A stretch of 64,000 nt of DNA. Source: Lama glama. Its lineage: Eukaryota. Under the pieces are notes generated by a model. The model searched no databases. It was not told the origin of the DNA and saw only the letters and a program-made list of their open reading frames with translations. Each line of letters begins with the position of its first letter. Within the stretch, counting starts at the first letter, position 1. Below, one piece after another: positions 1-11,015 of this stretch. The DNA lies in NCBI GenBank assembly GCA_028534125.1, contig CM052841.1:67394001-67458000 (forward strand). The letters run 5' to 3'. A program made the translations under genes and the position numbers.

Positions 1-1019
1 CGGTGGGCACTCAGTGAACAGCCAGGTGGACGGGATCACCCAGTGGCTCTGGGCCGGCCAGTCCTCTGGGGCCCCGGGCACCCCTTCTGAGCGTACAGGG
101 ACCCCTCAGTGCTTACAGCTCTCAGGGGCCTGAGCTCACACCTGCTCGGCCACTTCTCAGCTGTGTGCCCTCGGCCGGTCCCCCGACCTCCCTGAGCCTC
201 CGTGTCCACTCCGGAAAGGGGAGTGCAGCTTGCCCACTCACTGAGGGCTTCCCACGTGGCAAGAGGCCGGTGCACAGCCGTGCCCAGTAGCACTTAGCAA
301 ACAGCCAGCGCCCTGTGTAGTCTGCTCTCTTATTAGTGAAATGTCTCTGAAGCCTGCAGACGCTGCACGGGGGTACTCTCAGCTGACACATAGGGTGCCC
401 TGTTCTGCAGTGGGGTCCCCTGGACACTCTTTCTCCCACCTCCTGAGTCCTGACAGCCCTGAGCTGCAGGGGCTGGCCTCTCGGCAGCCCCCAAGTCTCG
501 TGGGGTTAAGCATCCTCATAGACCCCCCGGGGCCCACCTGGGCGGAGGAGGAACCCAGCACTTGCCAGGTGCTGAGACTGGTGGGAAACAGCCTTTGGGA
601 TGGTTTGTTTTGTGTGCTTTGAACACCCAACTCTTCCTGTCCCATGAGAAAGGAGAATGGGAGCTGGGGGCTGCGGGGAAGGAAGGGGGTGAGGCTCCCT
701 TGTGCACGGGGGCCCAGCACGACAGCTGCTGTCCATCCACAGACATCACACAGCCCGACTTCCGCCTTTGCCAGGGCTTTGCAGAACGGGGGTGTTTGGG
801 GCTGCCTGGCTGGGGTCCTGGCCCCAGCGTAGACCGGCTGGCTCGCAGGGCGCAGCGGGAAGCACCTCCGGGCCCTTGGCACTGATGGGAGAGCTGGGGT
901 GGGCGCAGCGGAACCAAAACCGCTGTGTCACTGCAGCCGCGGCCGCTGTTGCCAGGGTGACCGGTGAGTTTCCCACGCTTCCTCCTGGCGCAGCATTAGG
1001 ATGGCGGGAGGGGTGGAGG

Positions 1020-1193
1020 GCATGTGTGTGTATGTGTGTGTGTGCATGTGCGCGTGCGTGTGCCTGCGAGTATATGTGCGTGTGCACGTGCGTATGTGTG
1101 CGCGTATGTGTGCGTGTGTATGTGTGTGCGTGCGTGCGTGTGTGTGCTTGCATGTGTGTGCATGTGTATGTGTGCGTGTGTGCGTGTGCGTGT
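1020..1193. repeat. Imperfect (TG)n/(TGCG)n alternating purine-pyrimidine microsatellite
   Basis: ~170 nt of near-uninterrupted RY alternation (tgtgtgtgtatgtg...gcgtgcgtgtgtg). Confidence 0.95.
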
Positions 1194-1594
1194 AGGGGTT
1201 GGTGTCTCCTCCCTCTCTCCTTGGGTCGTGTGATCTTTGACCCCCACCCTGCCTGCTGAGGCTGTGTGCCCTGCTGGGGTGGACACCCTCTCCTCCCTCC
1301 TCACTGCGACCAGACTCGGTGCCCACCTGTGGGCCAGGGGTCCCCAAAGCGCCTGCCTCCCCAGGGGGTCCCGGAGCTCTCGCTGGCCTGTGGGGGGAGC
1401 ACCCAGTAACGGCAGGCAGTTCTTACTTAGGTGGGTGAGGGATGCGCGTATGAGCAGGGGCCTCTCGAGGTCTTTTTCACGCCCGGTTGCTGTGGGAGGG
1501 TGGGGCTCCGAGGGCGGGACAGCCGCCGCCAGCCTGCCGTGCTCGCAGGCTGAGCACCCAGCTGCCCCTCCGTGGGGCCTGGGGTGGACAGGGC

Positions 1595-1635
1595 CCCTCT
1601 CTGAGCCTCAGTTTCTCTCTCTGTACAGTGGGGGT
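1595..1635. mobile_element. MIR SINE core fragment
   Basis: cctctctgagcctcagtttctctctctgtacagtggg matches the MIR core motif. Confidence 0.6.
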
Positions 1636-1685
1636 GTGGCAGCACCTTCTGGCCCCCAGGGCTGACCGCGGTTTCCCCTCCTCAG

Positions 1686-1836
1686 CTCAGCTCCCCCATG
1701 AACCCCGTCAGCAGCAGCGAGGACATAAAGCCCCCGCTGGGCCTCAACGGTGTCCTCAAAGTCCCGGCCCACCCCTCAGGGAACATGGCGTCCTTCACCA
1801 AGCACATCTGTGCCATCTGCGGGGACCGCTCCTCAG
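1686..1836 (+). CDS. RXRA: RXRA coding exon (human exon 3 equivalent): end of A/B domain and start of zinc finger 1
   Basis: Acceptor tttcccctcctcag|, translation [50 protein letters not shown], donor CAG|gtgagg; 151 nt. Confidence 0.97.
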
Positions 1837-2470
<634 letters not shown>

Positions 2471-5400
2471 GGCCCCCTCGTGGCGTGGCCCGGGCTCCTG
2501 GAGCACAGGGTCCAGCCCTAGACTCGGCAGCTGTGCAGACCTCCAGTGGTGGCCGTCGCGTTTGCGAACCTTTGATGACGGGGCGCGCACTCCCTCCAGA
2601 GGCAGCTGCCGCAGTGCTGGCAGCCTGTCCCCTGGGCTGTGGGCTCACCCACCGTGCCTTTACTGAGCGTCTGTTGTATGCCAGGCTCTGGGTTAGAGGA
2701 GACACAACTTTGGTCCTGCCTGCGGGCTGCTCCCGGCCCCGCTGGGGACAGGCATTGGTCAAGGCCTCTTCAAGGTCGTAGTGGGCCCGGGCCAGGTGCG
2801 TGGGCTGTGGAAGGTGGAGAGGCAGAAACACATCGAGGGCCGAGGTTGGAGGTGGGGGGTAGGGGGTCACCGGAGGCAGCCAGCCCAGGAGAGTGGGTGC
2901 ACCTGGGGCCTGGTGCTCTGCTGGGTGAGGAGACGGTCACGTCCTGGAGGGGACAGTGCTGACTCAGGGGTGGGAGGGCAGGGAACTCTAATAAGACCAT
3001 CAAGACGTCCATCAGGATGTCCCTAAGCCTGTTGGGTGCCAGGCCATCCCATGCTCTGCTTGCTCTTGTGAGCCTGGGTGAGAGTGCCTGGTGACCCCAG
3101 GTCCTCACAGTAGAGGGACGGGCCGTGGGCCTCTCGGGCTTGGGTTTATGGGCCCATTTCATTGAGGACATTTATTCGGGGTGGGTGGGGGCAGGCAGCG
3201 TGGAAGCCCAGAGGGGGCTCCTCGCCTCCCCTTGCTGTCTGGGGGTCTCTGTCTCCCCCTCTGCAGGTTTGATGGCTCCTGTGTTCTGGGCGTCTTCTCT
3301 AGGTTTTGGTCTGCATCCACCCTGGGGTCTGGGATGGGCCGCATCTCTCTGAGTCTCGTGCCCGGGGCCTCGTGGGGTTGGGAGGTGCTGTCTGGGGTCA
3401 GGATCCGTGTGGTCCGTTCTGCACTGTGGCTGCTCCCGTGGTCCGCACGTGGCTTGTGTCTGCCTGCCTCTCTCCCACTGTCTCCTGGCGGAGTCCCCGG
3501 GCTGCAGATTTCATCCCATTTCATTCTTTTTTTTTTTTGCTCTTCAGCACCCATCAATTGTTGTTGTCAAGAAACTGAAACTCTAGCAAGGCCACACGGT
3601 CCTGCAGGATTTCCTCCTTGAGGCTGTGAGCGCGTGTGGAGTGCAGTGTTGGTGGGGGTGGGGCTGGGGCTGGGTGGCAGCCCCCGGCGAGGGGCGGTGG
3701 GTCTGTGGACCCCACAGAGGGGAGCCTCCTGTGAGCTGAGGGGCGGTCCTGGGCCGAATGGGCATCCGCCCACCAGGCCTTCTGATCTGGGCGCGTGTTT
3801 ATTTAGAGAGCTCGGCCCATGCTTCTTTGCGCAGGTGGAGAAACAGGCCTAGAGGGTCCAGGGCTTGTCCACAGTCACGTGCCAGCCTGGAACCTGAACT
3901 TCTGGTTTCCGGTGTAGACTTTGTTCCTATAGGCCAGCGAGGGGCAGAAGAAGCGTGGGCCTGGCTGGGGGAGGCATGTACCCAGACCTGGTCCCTCTGT
4001 CCGCCCCATGCAGTCAGGGTGGGCTCGCTGGAGGTGGTGAGTGCAGCGTTGCTCCTGAAGGGGGAAAACTTGGGCGGGGCAAGCACGTGGTGGGCAGGGA
4101 TCAGTGTGCACCATGCGTGGAGCCTGGCCAGAGGCGGGGCCCTGCCATGCAGCTCGAGGCTCCAGGCCCCCTCGAGGTCACCACTGTGCAGTGAGCCTCG
4201 ATTCGTGCCTGGGATCACTCACTCGCTGGGCTCACCGCCCCTGGTGCCTGGCCCCATGCTGAGCGCTGGGCACACAGCGGCCAGCTGTGGCCCTCCGTCC
4301 ATTCAAAGTGACTGTCAGACAGGCCGGCCCCCAGCTGTGGTCATTGCTGGCTTGGAGAAGCCCAGGGAACTGTGGGAGCCCAGAGGAGGTGCCTGGCCCA
4401 GCCATGGGCGCCAGGCAAGGCTCGAGTGGGTGGGTGTCCAGCTGACACCTGAAGAGTGTTCAGCAGACCATGTGCCCGGCTGGAGGGGGCAGTGTGTGCA
4501 GGAGCCGAGACTGTCAGCAGCTGTGGCACCCTGCGGGGCCGCAGGCAGTGCCCTCTGCCGGTCCTCGAGACTGTCCAGGAAGTGCTGACTCCTTCTTAAA
4601 GCCCCCTCAGCCTGTCCACCTGTGAGCCTGGGCGTCAGCAGACTCAAGCTGCCTGTGGCCCCAAGGAGCCACAGTCTCAGGGCTGGGGAGTCACCGGGCC
4701 TGGGCCCTCCCCTGGTGCTCACCAGTGACTAGGTGACTGGGTCTTGTTACAGCGGCTGTTAGGAGCTCCTGCTGTGTCCGGGGTCTCTTTGGGCACCCTG
4801 TCCTCGTCACGCACACTCTCACTCACCCGTGGTGCTGCGATGCTGTCCCCACACATCCCAGATGGAGACCCGGGGACGAGGGGCGCTCGGGGAGGCCTCA
4901 GAGCCGGCACCGTGGGGCCCGGGCTGCTCCCGTTTGTCTGGTCCAGAGCTGTGTCGCCCGCGTTCTCCCGTCTGGTGCATAAATCTGCAGCTTTGGGCAC
5001 ATTCCCGAGGCGGCGCGGCCCTCGAGACCTGATTTATGGGCCATCAGATAAGTGCCTGATCGCATCGGGACCCGCCTTCCCCGGCCTCCTGCTGGGTTTA
5101 TAGTCACAAGCAGGCCGTGAGGACCTTCCAGCAGAGCTCCCTCCTGCTGGAGCACCACGCAGAACCCTCCCCCCGGCTGTGGAGGGTGGCTCTGTGCAGG
5201 CCCGAGAGCCCAGGGCGCAGGAGGAGGCCCGGGCCTTCTGCCGGTGCGCTCCGGCCTCGCGTGGGTGGCAGTGCCCGTTACCCGCGCTCGTTGGGGCGTG
5301 GCTCGCAGCAAGGTGCCTGTGAGGCCCAGGCCATGGCCTTGCCCTTGGGAGGAGTGACCAGTGGCCCTGGTGTGGCCTTGGTGCCGGCTGTGCAGGGAAC

Positions 5401-7374
5401 TCAGTGGTCTCCAGGACGAGTGGCTCTGAGGGGTCGAGGGGCAGGCCTCCTCTCGAGGGGCCGGGTGCAGTGGCTAACCTGCAGAGAGGCCCCCCGGGAG
5501 GTGGTGGGGCTGTTGGCTGCATGGGTTGGGGCAGGGTGGCCGTCCTGGGAGGTGGGGAACCTGGGTACCACCTCAGCCTTGTCCGGGAGCACATAGGATG
5601 TGAGTTGTCTGCTCCTCTGGCTGGCCCGAGCCCTCATCAGACCCAGAGCGCCAGGCCCTGCCACTGCACGCTCCAGCGCATTGCAGCGCTGGGAGGGAGC
5701 GCCCCGCGGCTGGCACCCCTGCTGGCGGACCTCAGGGAGGGCCGGCGAGGACCCCACCTCCTGCTGGCTAATGAGGGATACCGCTGCTGATAGCATGTCG
5801 TGTCGGCCAGGGCCTTCGCACACAAGCAGCCACCAGGGACTTGTTCCGCAGCATTCCCGGGCACTGGGGGGCCCAGGTGGGAAATGCCACACAGGCCAGC
5901 CTTCCCCTGGCCGAGCCTGGGCCTCTGCTGGAGCGTGCGGTGGCAGAGCCTGGCGCTCTGGGTCTGATGAGGGAGGCCGGCCCTGCACTCAGGGCTCCCC
6001 AGTCTGATGCTGGTGACCTGGCCCCCGGCCGGGGTGACTCGGGCCCTCTCTGGTCCCTTCTTCCTCCCTCAGGAAGCCTCTCCCCTTTCCTTCCTGCCTC
6101 CCTGTGCTTCCCGCGCCCCATCTCTGACTCTGCAGGACTGGGGTGTGTGCACAGGCACGTGGAGCCCCACGTCTGGTGGAGAAGGGGCTCCAGCTGGGTC
6201 CCAGCCTCCCTGTCAACACGGCGTGGGGCTTTGCCTCTCCGAGCCTCCATGTCTTCTCCCGTGTGCAGCACGTCAGCGAGGCTCCCTTCAAGGGCTTGCT
6301 GGGAGGAACCTGGCGGGTGGCAGCACCTTGGGGGACCAGTGGTGGGGTTGGAGAGTGTGAGCACAGGGTGATCATTCTCATGTGCAGATATCTTGTCCTG
6401 GACTGAGTCCCCTGGGGGACAGAGGGACGCGTCCTCCGAGCTTGAGAGACGTAACTGGCCATGTGACCTCGGGCAGAGGCACCGCCCTCTGGCCCTGAGA
6501 GGCGGCTGGGCCAGAGCGTTCTAGTGAAATCCGCTCTTGCCTGCTGTGGGGGGTGGGCAGGCAGATTGCAGGGGGAAGGGATGGAGGAAGGGCCCGGCCG
6601 GCTGGCAGTGCTTTGAACCGGGGAAGCAGCAGACCTGGGGTTCCCTCCCCCAGGTGCCCCCAACCCCGAGGCTTCCTGCCCAGCCCCAGGCAGGTCCGGG
6701 GTGTCCCTCTTCCGCATGCCGGGGACCCCGGTTATGCTGGGCATTGAGCCCCCCTCCCAGGCATGTGCTTGGCTGCGGTGTGGGGTCAGCCCCGAGGGTT
6801 TTCCTGGGGATCCCCAGCGCCTGGCCCGGCCCAGCCGCATCTGCGCTCCTGGCAGCCTCCCCTCCCTGTGCCGTCCCCTCCGCCCCACACTCAGGGCTGG
6901 GAGGATAACGAGGCCCTGTCTTCGCAGACGCCTCCTGCCCGAGGCTTCCTGGCGCCAGCGGGACGTAAGTCAAACAGGACTACTGCAAGGTGATTGAGCT
7001 GGCAAAATGAATCCCCGGGCTCCCCCGCCCCCTCCGCCGTCTATAAATAAAACCATAATATTTATAAGACGCTGCTCAGAGCTGTGGGCCTTCACGGCTT
7101 CCAAGTGCTTCACAAAGCACTCTAATTAATTCTTGCCGCCCCCGTGCAGGAGGCAGGTGCCGGGAACCCCCGCCCTCTCCCCGTTCCTGGCGCTGCCTCC
7201 ATGCATGGGGCCACCTCGTCCGGGACTCCCCGTGCCCCGGGCTGTCTGTGGAGTGGGAGGAAGTCCCCGTAGCTGGGCCGTGTCGTGGGGAGCGTGGGAG
7301 CGGGAGGCATGTGACAGCTGGGGACATCCCGAGGGCACCTCCCTGTGGCTCCAGCCTGAAGGCCAGCGTGTCGT

Positions 7375-7480
7375 TCTCATTCTACAGCTGAGGAAACTGG
7401 GGCACAGAGAGGCCAGGGTCTCACCCAGAGCCACACAGCTGTTGGGCAGAGCAGGGTCTGACTCTGGAGCCTGGAGCTTT
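7375..7480. mobile_element. MIR SINE fragment
   Basis: cattctacagctgaggaaactggggcacagagagg...cccagagccacacagct is a reverse MIR core. Confidence 0.7.
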
Positions 7481-9195
7481 CAGCTGTCCGCTCTCCTGGG
7501 GGCCCAGCCTCACCCCTCCGGCACTGTCTCCCCACGTGGTGAGATGCACCCCTTAGCTGTGTCCTAGCTCCTGAGGGTTTAGGATTCTGTCCAGGGGCAG
7601 ACACCAGGGACCCCATCCTCTAAGGTCTCAGGGTCACCCTGGATGCCAGCCCAGACCAGCCTCCCACAGGGTGGGCTCTGCTGGCCTGTGACCCCGTCCC
7701 CTGTGACAGAGGGTGCTGTGAGGAGGTGCCCGCTCTAGCCCAGCACCCCATGTGGGGAGCGGCCAGAGTCAGGCCAGCCAGCCTGAGCTCCCCGCCCAGC
7801 CCCACCGGCTGTCAGATTTTCCAGAAGCACCAGGCTTGCAAAAACTCCAGGCCTCCTGCCTGGCTCTTTGGCCCGGCTGGTGCAACCTGAGGTGCTGGCC
7901 GGGCCGTGTCTGAGTCTCCCCCACGGATGGGAAGCCCCTCACCTGAGTCAGTGTTTGGGTCCTGGGTTGGTGCAGCCCTGGCAGGGGGTGGCTGCAGATG
8001 GCCACTTGTCGATGCAGGAAGGGCTCAGGGAGCCCTGCAGTCTGGAGGGGGGCAGAGACGGACCCAGCATTCTCTGAATGGGTGTCAGCAGGCCGGCAGG
8101 AAGCCCTTGGCATGGCGTGGTGGAGAGGGACCTATGTGCATTGTTACAGAACCACTCAGGCCTGCAGGATCCCCAGGCAGCAGCAGCGGGGGGCCCTCCC
8201 TCTCCCCCCCCCCCGCCTGGAAGAAGGGGATGGGGGGCTTGCGGAGTCCTGAGAACAAGGCTGGGCGGGGTGGGGCCCCGCCTTCCTCCGGCTGGTCCTC
8301 TGCATTTGCCCAGGGTGAGCGGCCTGAGTGAGAGCCCCAGCCTGGGCTTTGGAGCAGGCAGGGTGGGTCTGGAGGTGCACGGGGGCAGTCCCGTGGCAGC
8401 TGATGTCAGCGAGGATGCGGAACCATTTCTGCCCGGCAGAGATGTCCTGCAGGGGAGGGTGAGCCCCATCTGAGGCCTGGAGAGGCGCTGGCACGTGGGG
8501 GGCCCCACGGGGGCCGCACCCTCCCGGCCTCTGGGAGCTTGGCCTATCATGTTGGACCGGGAAAGAGGAGGGGGCTGAGAGCAAGCTCCCCCAGGAGAAT
8601 GAGGGCTGGGGTGCCGGGCTGAGGCTCAGTGGGGAGGGTGTTCGGGCTGGTTTGGGGGGCAAAACTCTGGGATGGGTGAGAAATAAGGAGAGGGAGACCT
8701 GGGTGGGACTAGGGCTGGACGAGGGAGGTGGGTGTCCTTGGAAAGCCCTGTGGCCTCTTTGCTGAGCCCCCACCTCCAGGGCTGACCAGAGGCTGGGCTC
8801 CAGGCCAGGGTGCTTGCAGCTGTCGCAGTCAGCCGGCCTGAGTCAGCCCCTGTGCGCTAGCTGACCTGGAGCTTCCCACACGGTCACCAGCCTCTGTCGG
8901 AACATCCTATCCTCAGGTCCCCCGGGGTGGGCCGTTGACCAGGACCTCTTGGTGCCGTGGCTCTGAGTGTGGCTGGGGAGCAGGACGGTCCCCAGGGGGC
9001 AGGAGGAGTGGCCGCCATGAGGCCTGGTCCCAAGCTGGGGTGGGGCGGGGCTCATCCCAGGTCTGGCTGGTCCCGGGCGTGGGGGGCGGGGCCTGTGGAT
9101 GCCGCAGGCCCTCCTGCTCTCACGTGTGTCGCTCTAGGCCTTGAGGTCCATCCCCGCAGGAGTGGTCTGGGAGTTGGGGCACACGGTGGTTCGTG

Positions 9196-9230
9196 GCCAC
9201 CTCCTGTGCCACCTCCCGTGCCACCTCCCG
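9196..9230. repeat. 12-bp tandem repeat x3 (gccacctccYgt)
   Basis: gccacctcctgt gccacctcccgt gccacctcccg seen directly. Confidence 0.9.
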
Positions 9231-9759
9231 AGGATGAGTGTGGTGCCGCTTAGTTCCCGAAGCTCTGGGGTGCCGGCATGGAGTGAGCCCGGCCCCTCTT
9301 GGGAGAGGGCGGCTTGAGCTGCGCAGGCCACAAAGTCGAGGGTCTATGAACGCCCAGCTGTGGGGTGCCCAGTCCCCTTGACCTTCCTTCCGTGTGGTCC
9401 CCTTGGGGACAGCGTTGAAGTGAGCCCTTCCCATCAGCTTCTCTCCTTGGGTTCCCAGAAACTAGGCCGCCCCGCTGACCACACCATCTGCTCGGTCCTC
9501 CACCCCCGTGCTGCGCCTGTCCCCTGCCCCGGCCCCCGCCAGGCCAGCCCAGGGCGGCCCGACTCATGCCTGGGTTTGGCGCCTCTCCTCCCTGCAGTAG
9601 AAGGGGCCTGTCAGGGATCTGCGTCCCCTCCTGTCCCTTTCCTGGGACACATTGGACCCCATCCAGGTGCCCGGCCCTGCTCCCCATGCTTGTACCCCTT
9701 GTTGTGACTCTGCAGCTGGTATGGGAGGCCTTGGGGCAGCAGCATCTCTGCTCTGGTGC

Positions 9760-10000
9760 TGGCCCTTTGTGTATGCTGCCTCCTCTGCCTGAATTGTTAC
9801 CCCTGTTTTCCCTGCTTCTTCAGTTTCATTGCCACTTCTTCCGGGAAGCCTTCCTGGCTTTGCCCGAGTCTATAGCCTATCAGAGCCCTTCTCCTTGCAT
9901 GTTTGGGTTCCTGCTGAACCGTCAGCTCCCCGAGCGCCAGGCCCCAACTGTGCTGGTCCTGGGTGGGTCTTGGTGTGAACAGTAGTTGAGTGAGTTAATG
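9760..10000. mobile_element. L2 LINE fragment
   Basis: cctttgtgtatgctgcctcctctgcctgaa...cacttcttccgggaagccttcctg...gagtgagttaatga resembles the L2 3' region. Confidence 0.5.
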
Positions 10001-10219
10001 AGAAGTGGCATGCTCTGTGCTCAGGGCCCACAGCCACTGGGAGGCCAGGCATGGGGCAGAGACCTGGCTGTGGTTTGGCCAGCTCCGAGCAGCGTCAGTC
10101 TCCCTGGCTCTGGCCGACATTGTGGACGGGCTGGCTCAGGGTGGGCGCTGCTTGGCCCCTGGCAGCGGAGGGGCTGCGGCAGGAGCTGTGGGCTGACCGG
10201 CGGCCTCCCCGTGCTCCAG

Positions 10220-10389
10220 CCGTGCAGGAGGAGCGGCAGCGGGGCAAGGACCGGGGGGAGAACGAGGTGGAGTCCACGAGCAGCGCCAACGAGGACATGC
10301 CGGTGGAGAAGATCCTGGAGGCCGAGCTGGCCGTGGAGCCCAAGACCGAGACGTATGTGGAGGCGAATGTGGGGCTGAACCCCAGCTCG
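10220..10389 (+). CDS. RXRA: RXRA exon 5: T-box/hinge and LBD helix 1
   Basis: Acceptor gtgctccag|, translation [57 protein letters not shown], donor TCG|gtgagt; 170 nt. Confidence 0.98.
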
Positions 10390-10945
10390 GTGAGTGCACT
10401 CCCGCCCCCGCCCACCCTGCTCTGGGGAACCCCGTTGGTCACGGCCCCGCTGGCTGGTTCCCAGTCGGGTGGATGATGTTTTGATTGCTCGGTTCAAAGC
10501 CCAGGACTCTACATTTAACATTCAAGCTACCTGCATCTCTGGCCCATTGTCCAGCCGGTTTCAGGGGTTCTGTGTCTGCCCCAGGTTTGCAGGCAATGTT
10601 GGGTCCAGACTTCATCTGTGTCTCCTGTGTGGGTTCAGGGCTGGGGCCGGAGCCCTATGGCTGGCTCTGGAGACCTTGCCCAGGCTGGCCCTGAGGTCAC
10701 CCTGGCCTCCCTCCCTCTGTTCTGTCGTTGGCTCACAAAGGCCCACACCCACTGACGTTCTGCTGCACTGGACGCTCCCTGCCCAGCCCCAGGACCTTTG
10801 CACATGCTGCTCTCACTATTCCCACTCAGGCTTCAGTCTCAGAAAAGGGTCACTTCCTCAGGGAGCCCTTTCCCTCTTGACCCCCCCCCCAGCAGCCCTG
10901 TTATTTGGGCTCAGAGCCCCTGTGGCTGCCCACCAGGGCCCCGAG

Positions 10946-11015
10946 CGTAGGGGGTGTGGCGGCTGGTTCCCCCTCCCCACCGTGGGGGGTGTGGCGGCTG
11001 GTTCCCCCTCCCCAC
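10946..11015. repeat. 35-bp tandem duplication (1 mismatch)
   Basis: cgtRgggggtgtggcggctggttccccctccccac at 10946-10980 and 10981-11015. Confidence 0.95.

Noticed and set aside
702-1347. Cys/Val- or His/Thr-rich ORFs
   Set aside because: Translations of the (TG)n microsatellite.
1681-1690. Tandem ctcag-ctcag alternative acceptor at exon 3
   Set aside because: The downstream AG shifts by 5 nt and frameshifts the full-length protein; the upstream AG gives the conserved LSSPM frame. No evidence of use.
10946-11015. 35-bp repeats as a CRISPR-like array
   Set aside because: Two adjacent copies with no spacers, in a mammalian intron with no cas genes.
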